A DNA stretch of 64,000 nt, from NCBI GenBank assembly GCA_963756875.1, contig CAVWPA010000003.1, positions 64,001 to 128,000 on the forward strand. The letters are read 5' to 3'. The notes under the pieces are model-generated. The model was not told the origin of the DNA and searched no databases. It saw only the letters and a list, made by a program, of their open reading frames with translations. This DNA comes from an uncultured Verrucomicrobiae bacterium. Lineage in GTDB: Bacteria; Verrucomicrobiota; Verrucomicrobiia; Chthoniobacterales; UBA10450. Position numbers and translations under genes: made by a program. Each line of letters begins with the position of its first letter. The stretch's first letter is position 1. This document shows positions 31,238 through 40,338 of this stretch, piece by piece.

Positions 31238-31360
31238 CGCCGTCTCGTTGCGGCCCTCTCGTTTTAAAAACCTATAGGCTGCGGCGCGGCAGTTAGCGCG
31301 ATGAACGCGCCTGCCCCGCCGTATTTGAACCAGTCCCAAATCTTCGCAAGATTCTTCGTT

Positions 31361-33055
31361 ATGATACCAAGATCTTCCTCGATCAATCGCGCAGCATCTA
31401 AAAGGCGACACCTACTCGGCCTCGCCTTCAGCTTCTTCCTGGCAACTGCAACGTTCGCCGTTCAAGTCAAAGCGGCTTCCGAAAAGAACGCGGAGATTGA
31501 GTCAAAGGCTACGCCAGGCCCAACCCCCAACTTTAAGTCCGAATCCACTAACAGCACAGGCAGCGTGACTGTCGAAGGCAGCCGAATCGACTATCAGGCC
31601 GTGGCGGGCACACTGGTCGTCCATCCCAAAGGCTGGGATGACGCGGCCTTGCCTGGGGACCGGGAAAGCGAGGAAAACAAGGAGAGCGAAAAGGACCATA
31701 AGAAGAATCCGACGGCTGAAGCTTCAATGTTCTACGTGGCCTATACCAAGCAGAAGGCTGAAGCGGACAAACGGCCCGTCACGTTTTTGTTCAACGGCGG
31801 ACCCGGCTCTTCGACCGTCTGGCTGCACATGGGCGCGTTTGGACCCCGGCGGGTGATCACCGCGGACAACGCGCATACCCCGGCCGCGCCGTATCAAATT
31901 GTCAATAACGACTACAGCCTGCTGGACGCCAGTGATCTGGTGTTTGTGGACGCTCCCGGCACCGGCTTCAGTCGCATCGCCGGAAAGGATAAGGAAAAAA
32001 GCTTTTACGGCGTGGACCCGGACGCGCACGCGTTCGCGGAATTCATCGTGGCGTATCTCAGCAAGTATGGACGCTGGAACTCGCCCAAGTACGTCTTCGG
32101 TGAAAGCTACGGCACTCCTCGCGCCGCTGTGCTGGTGAACCTGCTCGAAAACGAATACAGCCTCGACTTGAACGGCGTCATCATGCTCTCGCAGATCCTA
32201 AACTTCGACCTGAGCGTGGATGGACCGGAAAACAATCCCGGAATCGAGTTGCCTTACGTCGTGGCACTGCCGACTTACGCGGCCACCGCCTGGTACCATC
32301 ACAAGTTGCCCGGCCCGAATTCTCCCGCCGCGCTCGAATCTTTCCTCAAGGAAGTGGAGGAGTTCGCCATGAAGGACTATGCGAACGCGTTGGCCCAAGG
32401 AGCGACTCTGCCGAAAGCCGAGCGCCAGGCCATTGCCGAAAAACTACACGCTTACACCGGCCTTCCCGTCAGCTACATTCTCAAGGCCAATCTGCGCATC
32501 GACGGCGGCGAGTTCGAGAAGAACCTCCAGGATGCTACCGACACCACCACCGGCCGGCTCGACACGCGTTTCTCGGGCCCCACCATGGACCCGCTGAGCA
32601 AGGAGGCCCAATACGATCCGCAGTCCGCCGCCATCAGCTCCGCCTATGTGTCCGCCTTCAACGACTACGTGAGAAAGACTTTGCACTATGGGCAGGACAA
32701 AAAGTTCCTGCCCGAAATTCCGTTGTGGAAGACCTGGAACTTCCAGCACCAGCCGCCGGGGAAAAACCGGCCGCTGCAACAGGCGACCAACACCATGCCG
32801 GATTTGGCCAGCGCCATGAAATATAATCCGGACCTTAGAATCCTTCTGACTGGCGGTTATTTCGATCTGGCCACGCCGTTTTACGAAGGCTGGTACGAAA
32901 TGCACCACCTGCCCATTCCGGCCCGGCTCCAGGACCACATCCAATATCGCTACTATCAGTCGGGCCACATGGTGTACGCCCATCAGGAATCGCTCAAAGC
33001 CCTCCACGATGACACGGCGGCGTTCGTCCATTCGACCAATCACCCGGGCAAATAA
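31361..33055 (+). CDS. Serine carboxypeptidase (S10)
   Basis: FNGGPGSS, DAPGTGFS, GESYG, DLATP and SGHMVY. Confidence 0.93.
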   Translation: MIPRSSSINRAASKRRHLLGLAFSFFLATATFAVQVKAASEKNAEIESKATPGPTPNFKSESTNSTGSVTVEGSRIDYQAVAGTLVVHPKGWDDAALPGDRESEENKESEKDHKKNPTAEASMFYVAYTKQKAEADKRPVTFLFNGGPGSSTVWLHMGAFGPRRVITADNAHTPAAPYQIVNNDYSLLDASDLVFVDAPGTGFSRIAGKDKEKSFYGVDPDAHAFAEFIVAYLSKYGRWNSPKYVFGESYGTPRAAVLVNLLENEYSLDLNGVIMLSQILNFDLSVDGPENNPGIELPYVVALPTYAATAWYHHKLPGPNSPAALESFLKEVEEFAMKDYANALAQGATLPKAERQAIAEKLHAYTGLPVSYILKANLRIDGGEFEKNLQDATDTTTGRLDTRFSGPTMDPLSKEAQYDPQSAAISSAYVSAFNDYVRKTLHYGQDKKFLPEIPLWKTWNFQHQPPGKNRPLQQATNTMPDLASAMKYNPDLRILLTGGYFDLATPFYEGWYEMHHLPIPARLQDHIQYRYYQSGHMVYAHQESLKALHDDTAAFVHSTNHPGK

Positions 33056-33102
33056 TCTCCGGATTAAAGTCCCGAATCGGTGCGAGACACCTGGCATTTC
33101 GT

Positions 33103-33127
33103 CGGCTCCACAGAGTGTCGCCCCACC
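33103..33127. repeat. Single GTGG-type REP-like hairpin
   Basis: Minus strand reads GGTGGGGCGACACTCTGTGGAGCCG. Confidence 0.45.
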
Positions 33128-33223
33128 GGCAGGAGGAGGAATTTGGTTCGACAAATGGTGCGAAATTTCGCAATGAAGGTTCAGGGTTTTTGAGGGCTAA
33201 CAGAAGCTTGCAGCCTAAACCGT

Positions 33224-33646
33224 ATGAACTTGAAAAAATTCCTTATCGCATTCGTTGCCGCCTTCATTTTCATGTTTTTTTGGGGGTGGCTCTTCAACGA
33301 CGTCTTTATGAAAGACGTCTACGCGACCACGGCCAATCTTTGGCGGCCCCAAAACGAAGTGATGAACCGCCTCTACTGGATTGTCATCGGCCAGGCGATT
33401 CTGGCTTTTGCCGTTGTGCTGATCTTTGCCGCCGGCTTCGCTAATGGCGGTGTCGCGGCCGGAATCAAGCTGGGGATCATGCTGGAGATTATGGCATTCG
33501 GCGCGCGCTTAATGATTTACGCGGTGCAACCGTTTCCCGGAAAACTGATTGGGTACATGACGCTGGGCGGGTTCATCGAGATGATCATCACCGGCGCAAT
33601 CATCGGCGCGATTTACAAATCGAGCACCGCGACAACGGGAGCTTGA
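33224..33646 (+). CDS. Hypothetical four-TM membrane protein
   Basis: Four hydrophobic segments, ending GAIIGAIYK. Confidence 0.75.
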   Translation: MNLKKFLIAFVAAFIFMFFWGWLFNDVFMKDVYATTANLWRPQNEVMNRLYWIVIGQAILAFAVVLIFAAGFANGGVAAGIKLGIMLEIMAFGARLMIYAVQPFPGKLIGYMTLGGFIEMIITGAIIGAIYKSSTATTGA

Positions 33647-33720
33647 ATTTCCGCAGGGGAAGCAGCCTGCTTCCCGATGTTAGGTCAGTCGTCTATCGGA
33701 GGTTAAATAGCCTCTTCGAT

Positions 33721-33800
33721 GGCAGGCGATGCGCCTGCCCTACAACGGCTTTTCATCGCTCCAGGAACCATCGCGTTGTAGGGCAAGCGCACCGCTTGCC
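33721..33800. repeat. Back-to-back GTAG REP-like units
   Basis: GGCAGGCGATGCGCCTGCCCTACAA...TTGTAGGGCAAGCGCACCGCTTGCC. Confidence 0.8.
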
Positions 33801-33951
33801 GAACCAAGGGAAGCTGGCAATCTCGAATGCCCGTGGTTTCCACGCGGGAAATTGCTTCCACTTCTTCCGCGCGCGGCGGTATCATCAGATTGAGGAGCGG
33901 CCGCAATACGGTCGACGCGGCATTGAAAAACTCCTCGCACCCCACCCACCA

Positions 33952-34884
33952 ATGCGGATTTTTAATCGGGCTCACGTTCCCTGGTTCTTCTTCGTCGTCG
34001 TCGCAACGCTTATTTCCGTGTGGCTGTACGTCGGAAATTTCGTACCTGAAAAATTACCGGCGGGACTGAGACTGCCTCCGCAACTGGTTCAAAAAGCTTC
34101 CACTCATCGCAGCGTCGGCGGCACGCCGGTCGGTCTGATGTTCGGCGCGATCTCGCTGGCGATTTTTGTTTTCGCAGCGTTTCTCGGTCTTCGCAAGAAA
34201 GTCGTCCTTTGGCGCGTCGGCACCGTGCAACAATGGTTGCGCGCGCACATCTGGCTGAGCTTGCTCACCATTCCTTTGGTCATTCTGCACAGTGGTTTTC
34301 GCTTCGGCGGCCCAATGACCACGCTGCTCATGGTTCTTTACGCCATCGTCATGGTCAGCGGGATCTACGGGCTCGCCCTCCAACATCAGTTGCCGCGGAT
34401 CATGAAAGAGCGTTTGCCGACGGAAACCGTTTTCGAACAAATTCCGTATATCCGTGCTCAACTTCACGCTGCCGCGGCAAAGATGCGCGATTCAATTAAA
34501 GCGGCGACACTGGCGCAAACCGCAGTTGCGGTTGCCGACCGGGAATCGGCGCCAGCCGTCGACACTGCATCGGAAACGGCTTTCCTCGATTTTCTCGACC
34601 AGCAGGTCCTTCCCTATCTGGCTGCCCGGCGAGGCGACAAATTTCGTCTCAACGACACCCACTATTCGGAAGATTTGTTTCGGTTCGTTAAACTGCGCGT
34701 GGCGGACGAGTATCGCGACCGCGTCGAAGAAATTCAGGCGTGGTGCGATCAGCGACGAGTGCTCGACTTGCAGACCAGGCTGCAACACTGGCTGCATGGC
34801 TGGCTTTTTGTGCACGTGCCGATTTCGTTCCTGCTTATCATGCTGACCGCATGGCATGCTTACGCCACGCTTTTTTATTATTGA
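33952..34884 (+). CDS. Membrane protein with intramembrane His residues (putative cytochrome b-like partner)
   Basis: WLRAHIWL...LVILHSG and WLFVHVP...AWHA His pairs within TM segments. Confidence 0.7.
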   Translation: MRIFNRAHVPWFFFVVVATLISVWLYVGNFVPEKLPAGLRLPPQLVQKASTHRSVGGTPVGLMFGAISLAIFVFAAFLGLRKKVVLWRVGTVQQWLRAHIWLSLLTIPLVILHSGFRFGGPMTTLLMVLYAIVMVSGIYGLALQHQLPRIMKERLPTETVFEQIPYIRAQLHAAAAKMRDSIKAATLAQTAVAVADRESAPAVDTASETAFLDFLDQQVLPYLAARRGDKFRLNDTHYSEDLFRFVKLRVADEYRDRVEEIQAWCDQRRVLDLQTRLQHWLHGWLFVHVPISFLLIMLTAWHAYATLFYY

Positions 34885-34916
34885 TGCAAACGCGCCGCAT
34901 ACATTGAGCGCCTGCC

Positions 34917-36360
34917 ATGGCCGAGCCGCGTCGAACGCAGAAACAGATTTCCGAACGCTACCGGGGCAACCTCGGTTACTACAACAGACTGCGTTCCTGG
35001 GTGCGGGCGCGCTTCATTGTCAGCTTATTGGCCGTCCTCGCCGGCCTCTTCGCCATCTTTCTCTTCCAACGACACGGACACGAAACATTCTTCAACCCCG
35101 GAAAGATTTCCACGCCGCATGCAAAGTTCGCGGACAACTGCGCGAAGTGTCACGACCAATCGTTGATGACAGGGGGCCCGCTCACTCCTGCGAAATTCAA
35201 GCAAGTTGTAAGCGATCGGTTCCATTCAGGAATCGCCTTTGGTCCGATCGACAGGAAATGCGAAGCCTGTCATACGCACCACGTTTTGCACGAGCCGGAC
35301 GTGGTCCAAAACCGCTCCTGTTCCGCGTGCCATCAGGAACACCGGGGCCTGCAGTCATTGACGCGGGTCGCGAGCTCGAATTGCGCGTCCTGCCACAACA
35401 ACAGCGCGACAATGGAAGCCTCATCGCAAAAAGGGATGCAGTTGAACTGGGCGAATTTCCATCGGCACCCTCATTCAAAACGACAGGTGGTGTTCGATTT
35501 GCCGCGGCCGCCCCGGGGTTACACGCAAACGTTTCCCTCGTTCTGGAATGGTCATCCGGAGTTTCAACTGGACCGCGAGAAGGTGCGCGACCCGGACGTG
35601 CTTCGTTTCAATCATCAACGCCATTTCGCCAGCGACATTCCGCCCGTGAACGGAAAGAAACTCGACTGCGCGTATTGTCACCAGCCTGATCTGGACGGTC
35701 GCTATTATCAGCGGATTACTTTCGCGTCGAACTGCCAGACGTGTCATTCGCTTCAGTTCGATCCAAAAAATCCCGAGCTGACTTTACCGCACGGCAGCGC
35801 CGCAGCGGTCCGCGCGTTTCTGCGCACGCTTCCGACGCAATATGCCGAGCTTGCCGTGAAAAAGGGGATCACACGGCAAAGCGATATTCGCAGCTTCGTC
35901 GCCAAACAAATGACGCAGCTCCGGGACCGGGTGCGTACAGGGCGAAAACCTGGAGCACGAAGTATTCTTTACAACCGATCCTTACAAACTACCGGCGGCG
36001 AACGCGCCGCGGATGCGGGCCTCATTTTACGGCTGCGCTTTTTGTCACGAAGTGAAGCCGGTTGCGAACGCCGCGGCGATCATTACAAAACCGATTTTGG
36101 TCGATCGCTGGATGCCGCAGGCAAAATTCAATCACTCCAAACATCAGACCGATCCGAACACGCAAAAGCCGCTCGATTGCAACGTTTGCCATCACGCCGC
36201 GCAAAGCCGCGAAACGTCCGACGTACTGATGCCTGCGAAAGCAACTTGCGTCATCTGTCACAGCCCGCAGGGAAAAGTGGTGGCTGAATGCACCACCTGC
36301 CACACCTATCACGCCGCCGCCGCTGTAACGACACGCGAGATGTTGCTAGATCAAAGATAG
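34917..36360 (+). CDS. Membrane-anchored decaheme cytochrome c, +1 frameshift near 35941
   Basis: Six CxxCH motifs before and four after the shift; one N-terminal TM; the shifted frame ENLEHEVFF...MRASFYG is open. Confidence 0.85.
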
Positions 36361-36370
36361 CGGCGGCGGA

Positions 36371-36503
36371 AAATCCCAAATTCCAAACCCCAGGCACCAG
36401 GAAAGCTCCAAATCTCAAGCTCCAATTCGTTCAGCGCATCGCCGCTATTTGGGATTTGATTATTGGAATTTCCCTGGAGCTTGGGGTTTGGTGCTTGGTG
36501 CTT
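36371..36503. repeat. Inverted heptamer arrays (AAATCCC-type / TTGGGAT-type)
   Basis: AAATCCC AAATTCC AAACCCC AGGCACC... versus ...TTGGGGT TTGGTGC TTGGTGC TT. Confidence 0.8.
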
Positions 36504-36512
36504 CAATCGACC

Positions 36513-37571
36513 ATGCCTGCGAATAGAACTCCCGCTCAGTTCGGTTATCGCATGCCCGCCGAATGGGAGCCGCACGCAGCCACGTGGCTCTCCTGGCCCA
36601 GGCGCGAAGGCATCAGTTTTCCCGGATCGTTCGACCGGGTCATGCCAACTCTGCGCGAAATGGTGGCGGCGCTGATCGATAACCGCCAGTCCGGCTCGGA
36701 CCCGGTGTGCATCAACGTTTGCAATGGCGCGCACGAAGCGGAAGCGCGCGCCGTGCTCGACGGCTTGCCGCAGGAATGCATTACCTACTACGAAATCCCC
36801 ACTGACGAACCGTGGTGCCGCGATCACGGTCCAATTTTTTTAACACGGAATGCCGATCCCAAACTGGCGGTCGTCGATTGGGATTACAACGCGTGGGGAA
36901 ACAAATATCCGCCGTTTGCGCTCGATGAAGTTGTGCCGACGCGCGTCGCCGAGATTCTCCGCGTGCCCGTTTTTTACCCGCACATGATCCTGGAAGGCGG
37001 CTCCATCGAAGTGAACGGCGGGGGCGTGCTACTGACCAGCGAATCGTGTTTGCTCAACAAAAATCGAAACGCCAGGCTCTCGCAGGCTGAAATCGAACAG
37101 CGTCTTCGCGACTTCCTCGGTGTGCGTGAAATCCTCTGGCTGGGCGACGGCATTGCGGGCGACGATACCGACGGGCACATCGATGATCTTGCGCGGTTTG
37201 TTTCGGAACGAAAAGTCGTGACTGTCGTCGAAGAAAATCGCGACGACGAAAATTACGAGCCGCTTCAGGAAAATTTCGAGCGATTGAAGAAGATAAAGAT
37301 TCGCGATCGGCCGATCGAAATTCTTACCTTGCCAATGCCGAAGAAGATTGTGCGTGAAGGACTGCGCCTTCCGGCCTCCTACGCAAACTTTTACATCGCG
37401 AATTCGTGTGTGCTTGTGCCGACCTTCGGCGATCCGGCGGATGAGCCCGCGTTATCGACATTGCGCAAATGTTTTCCGGACCGGCGCATCGTCGGGATCG
37501 ATTGCCGGGAATTAATCTGGGGCCTGGGCACGTTTCACTGCCTGACGCAGCAGCAACCGGCGGTGAAGTAA
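36513..37571 (+). CDS. aguA: Agmatine deiminase family protein
   Basis: RMPAEWEPH, WCRDHGP, LEGGSIE, DDTDGHIDD, ASYANF and GTFHCLTQQQP. Confidence 0.9.
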   Translation: MPANRTPAQFGYRMPAEWEPHAATWLSWPRREGISFPGSFDRVMPTLREMVAALIDNRQSGSDPVCINVCNGAHEAEARAVLDGLPQECITYYEIPTDEPWCRDHGPIFLTRNADPKLAVVDWDYNAWGNKYPPFALDEVVPTRVAEILRVPVFYPHMILEGGSIEVNGGGVLLTSESCLLNKNRNARLSQAEIEQRLRDFLGVREILWLGDGIAGDDTDGHIDDLARFVSERKVVTVVEENRDDENYEPLQENFERLKKIKIRDRPIEILTLPMPKKIVREGLRLPASYANFYIANSCVLVPTFGDPADEPALSTLRKCFPDRRIVGIDCRELIWGLGTFHCLTQQQPAVK

Positions 37572-37572
37572 G

Positions 37573-37681
37573 AAAACGCCCAACGCTGAACGTCCAACGC
37601 CCAATGTCGAATTCAGAAGCTCTGTTTTCGAGATTCGATGTTGGGCGCCTGCTCGCGAAGACTTTCGGAGTTCGGCGTTTT
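37573..37681. repeat. Inverted AACGYYC heptamer arrays with a nested 23-nt insert
   Basis: AACGCCC AACGCTG AACGTCC AACGCCC AATGTCG ... TTCGATG TTGGGCG [CCTGCTCGCGAAGACTTTCGGAG] TTCGGCG. Confidence 0.8.
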
Positions 37682-37687
37682 CCGTCC

Positions 37688-37981
37688 TCAGTCGATCCTC
37701 GCCGCGGGTTTATAGCCGCTCTTCAGAATCGCGTCGTGCAGATCGGGCGCGTGCGTTTTGCGCGCATCGAATGTCACGACTACGCGCGCGTTTCCCGGAT
37801 CGACTTTTACGTCGCAGACGCCTTCAATTTTTAAAAGCGGCTTGCTCAATTTTCGTACGCATTCCTCGCAATCTTCGCCTTCGGTTGCGATCTCGATGGT
37901 TTCTAAAACAACGTGATCGGCCCGCCCGGGGTTGAACGGATCTGCTGGATCGGGCTCGTTTGGTCTGGCTGGGTCCATCAC
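37688..37981 (-). CDS. Heavy-metal-associated (CopZ-like) domain protein
   Basis: GEDCEECV...IEGVCDVKVD...LHDAILKSGYKP. Confidence 0.75.
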   Translation of the reverse strand: MMDPARPNEPDPADPFNPGRADHVVLETIEIATEGEDCEECVRKLSKPLLKIEGVCDVKVDPGNARVVVTFDARKTHAPDLHDAILKSGYKPAARID

Positions 37982-38716
37982 TTATTTAACGTTTTTCGCC
38001 GGCTCGCTGGCCGTCTGGTGCACAATACGCCTCGTGGCACCGGCTTCCAGCCGATTCGTTGGCAGGATGCCAATGCCACTGTGGGACGTTGCGGTTGAGA
38101 CTTCTCGCGCGATTGGTTCAAGAACGCGCCAGACATTCTCCGCCAGAATCTTGTGCCCGGCGGCGTTCGGATGGATCCCATCAGGCAAATTCAACGACGG
38201 ATCGCCGGCCACGTCTGCGAGTAAATAAGGCACCAGCGCGGCCTGATCTTTCGCGGCAAGTTCGGAATAGATTTTTCCGAACTCAAAAACATAATCGTCG
38301 GCCCTGTAATCCGGCAGCTGCATCCCACAAAGGATGACGCGGACGTTCGGGTCCCGCGCTTTTACCTTGTCGATGATTGTCTGCAGATTGCTTCGAATTT
38401 GGGAAATTGGCACTCCGCGGAACGCGTCATTGACGCCCAGTTCGAGAATAAAGATGTCGATTTTATGTTTGAGATGTGCGGGCAACCGGCGCAAACCACC
38501 TTCGGTCGTGCCACCGCTCTGGCTGGCATTGATCACCTGAAAGCTCAATCCCGCTGCGCGCAATTTTTTCGTGAGAAGCGCGGGATAAGCCTGGCTCGAT
38601 TTTAGCCCAATGCCTTCTGATAAACTGTCGCCGAGGACAAGGATCCTTTTCATCGGCGAGGCCGCAAGGGTCTGCGCGAAGAACAACGCCAGGAGCAACG
38701 CGATAGCCCGCTTCAT
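37982..38716 (-). CDS. GDSL arylesterase/thioesterase (TesA-like)
   Basis: GDSLSEG, NASQSGGTT, ELGVND and DGIHPN; signal peptide starting MKRAIALL. Confidence 0.9.
   Translation of the reverse strand: MKRAIALLLALFFAQTLAASPMKRILVLGDSLSEGIGLKSSQAYPALLTKKLRAAGLSFQVINASQSGGTTEGGLRRLPAHLKHKIDIFILELGVNDAFRGVPISQIRSNLQTIIDKVKARDPNVRVILCGMQLPDYRADDYVFEFGKIYSELAAKDQAALVPYLLADVAGDPSLNLPDGIHPNAAGHKILAENVWRVLEPIAREVSTATSHSGIGILPTNRLEAGATRRIVHQTASEPAKNVK
38034..38079. repeat. GTGGC...GCCAC REP-like doublet inside the arylesterase 3' end
   Basis: GTGGCACCGGCTTCCAGCCGAT-TCG-TTGGCAGGATGCCAATGCCAC. Confidence 0.75.
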
Positions 38717-38721
38717 CACAG

Positions 38722-38810
38722 AAAACGTCCAGCGCCCGACGCTCAACGTCCAACGTTCAATGGTTATGAATTGCAAGTTGAGCGTTGGGCGTTGAGCGTC
38801 GAAAGTTGAG
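38722..38810. repeat. Inverted AACGYYC heptamer arrays
   Basis: AACGTCC AGCGCCC GACGCTC AACGTCC AACGTTC ... TTGAGCG TTGGGCG TTGAGCG TCGAAAG TTGAG. Confidence 0.85.
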
Positions 38811-38848
38811 GTCCGCGGTTTCAACCTTCAACTCTTAGACCCTAACTT

Positions 38849-39850
38849 ATGGCAAACTACGCAATTAACGGCTTTGGGCGCATCGGACGCAATGTCCTGC
38901 GCGCCATGACGCAAAAACAAGTCGAGCGCGTGCGCGCGATCAACGATCTCACCGATACCCATACTCTGGCGCACCTCCTCAAATGGGACTCGATACATGG
39001 CAAATTCGACGGCGAGATCGCTTACGATGACGAAAACATCATCGTGCGCGGTCACAAAATTAAAATCTTCAAAGAGCGCGACCCGGCGGCCCTGCCCTGG
39101 AAACAATTGGGAGTCGATGTGGTACTGGAATCGACCGGTTTCTTCACCAGCCGCGACAAGGCGGAGTTGCACCTGAGCAAAGCCGGCGCAAAACGCGTGC
39201 TTATTTCCGCGCCGGCGAAAAATCCGGATGCCACGATTTGCATGGGGATCAACGACGACATTTACGATCCGGCGAAACACACGGTGGTTTCAAATGCGAG
39301 CTGCACGACTAATTGCCTCGCGCCGATGGCCAAAGTACTGAACGACAAATTCGGGATCGAGCGCGGATTCATGAGCACGATCCACAGCTACACAAACGAC
39401 CAGCGCATTCTCGATTTTCCGCACAGCGACTTGCGGCGCGCGCGGGCGGCGGCGATAAACATCATTCCATCGAGCACCGGCGCGGCGAAAGCCATCGGCG
39501 AAGTGATTCCGCAACTGAAAGGAAAGTTGAATGGCGGCGCGTTTCGCGTGCCGACGCCGGACGGATCGGTGACCGATTTCACCGTTGTGCTGGCGAAGGA
39601 TGCGAGCGTCGACGCGGTGAACGCAGCGTTCAAGGAAGCCGCGTCGGCCAAGAGCTACAAAGGCGTGCTCGAATACAGCGATGAGCCTCTCGTTTCCCAG
39701 GACATCGTAGGCAACCCGCATTCCTGCATTTTCGACAGCAAACTGACGATCACGCTCGGCGAGCGTTTCGTGAAGGTGGTCGGCTGGTACGACAACGAAT
39801 GGGGCTATAGCAATCGCTGTGTGGAGATGCTCGAGATGCTGGGGGGGTAG
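38849..39850 (+). CDS. gap: Glyceraldehyde-3-phosphate dehydrogenase
   Basis: INGFGRIGR, NASCTTNCLAP and WYDNEWGYS. Confidence 0.98.
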   Translation: MANYAINGFGRIGRNVLRAMTQKQVERVRAINDLTDTHTLAHLLKWDSIHGKFDGEIAYDDENIIVRGHKIKIFKERDPAALPWKQLGVDVVLESTGFFTSRDKAELHLSKAGAKRVLISAPAKNPDATICMGINDDIYDPAKHTVVSNASCTTNCLAPMAKVLNDKFGIERGFMSTIHSYTNDQRILDFPHSDLRRARAAAINIIPSSTGAAKAIGEVIPQLKGKLNGGAFRVPTPDGSVTDFTVVLAKDASVDAVNAAFKEAASAKSYKGVLEYSDEPLVSQDIVGNPHSCIFDSKLTITLGERFVKVVGWYDNEWGYSNRCVEMLEMLGG

Positions 39851-39854
39851 GGAG

Positions 39855-39886
39855 TCTTGATCATGCTCATGCTCCTGATCATGATC
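39855..39886. repeat. Left hexamer array of the four-helix-bundle cassette
   Basis: TCTTGA TCATGC TCATGC TCCTGA TCATGA TC. Confidence 0.8.
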
Positions 39887-39891
39887 GAGTA

Positions 39892-40323
39892 ATGAAAAGC
39901 TACTTCGATCACGAAAAACTGGATGTATATCAGCAATCGATCGCGTTCTGCGGATGGGTGGGCGATTTTATCAACGCAATTTCGAGCAAGGCTGCCGCGA
40001 AAGATCAACTCGACCGCGCGTCCACGAGCATCCCGCTGAACATCGCGGAGGCAAATGGCAAGTTCTCGGATGCCGATCGGGCGCGATTTCTCGAGATTGG
40101 TCGCGGCTCTGCTCTGGAATGCGCGGCCTGCCTGGATGTGCTAGTTGCAAGACAGCTCGCTGCCGCAGATCAAATTGTTCCCGCAAAACAACAGCTTGTC
40201 GGCATTGTAAACATGCTCATGGGCCTGCTGAAGCGGTTCTCCAGTCGCGCGGAGTTTTTGCGTGAGGATGATCCTGGATACCGGATCGATCAGGATCAGG
40301 ATCAGGATCAAGAGCATGAATAA
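39892..40323 (+). CDS. Four-helix-bundle protein (23S rRNA IVP/bAvd-like family)
   Basis: FDHEKLDVYQ, DQLDRASTSIPLNIAE and FLEIGRGSALECAACLD. Confidence 0.9.
   Translation: MKSYFDHEKLDVYQQSIAFCGWVGDFINAISSKAAAKDQLDRASTSIPLNIAEANGKFSDADRARFLEIGRGSALECAACLDVLVARQLAAADQIVPAKQQLVGIVNMLMGLLKRFSSRAEFLREDDPGYRIDQDQDQDQEHE
40288..40319. repeat. Right hexamer array, inverted relative to 39855-39886
   Basis: GATCAG GATCAG GATCAG GATCAA GAGCAT GA; encodes DQDQDQDQEHE. Confidence 0.8.
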
Positions 40324-40338
40324 CAGCCCTCGCCGAAA

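Noticed and set aside
36678..36705. Possible short repeat-derived insert (NRQSGSD) in agmatine deiminase
   Set aside because: No second copy in the window to support it.
39892..40323. Diversity-generating retroelement (Avd-like gene)
   Set aside because: No reverse transcriptase and no TR/VR pair with adenine-specific mismatches seen; the 11222/14000 repeat pair is a non-coding REP.
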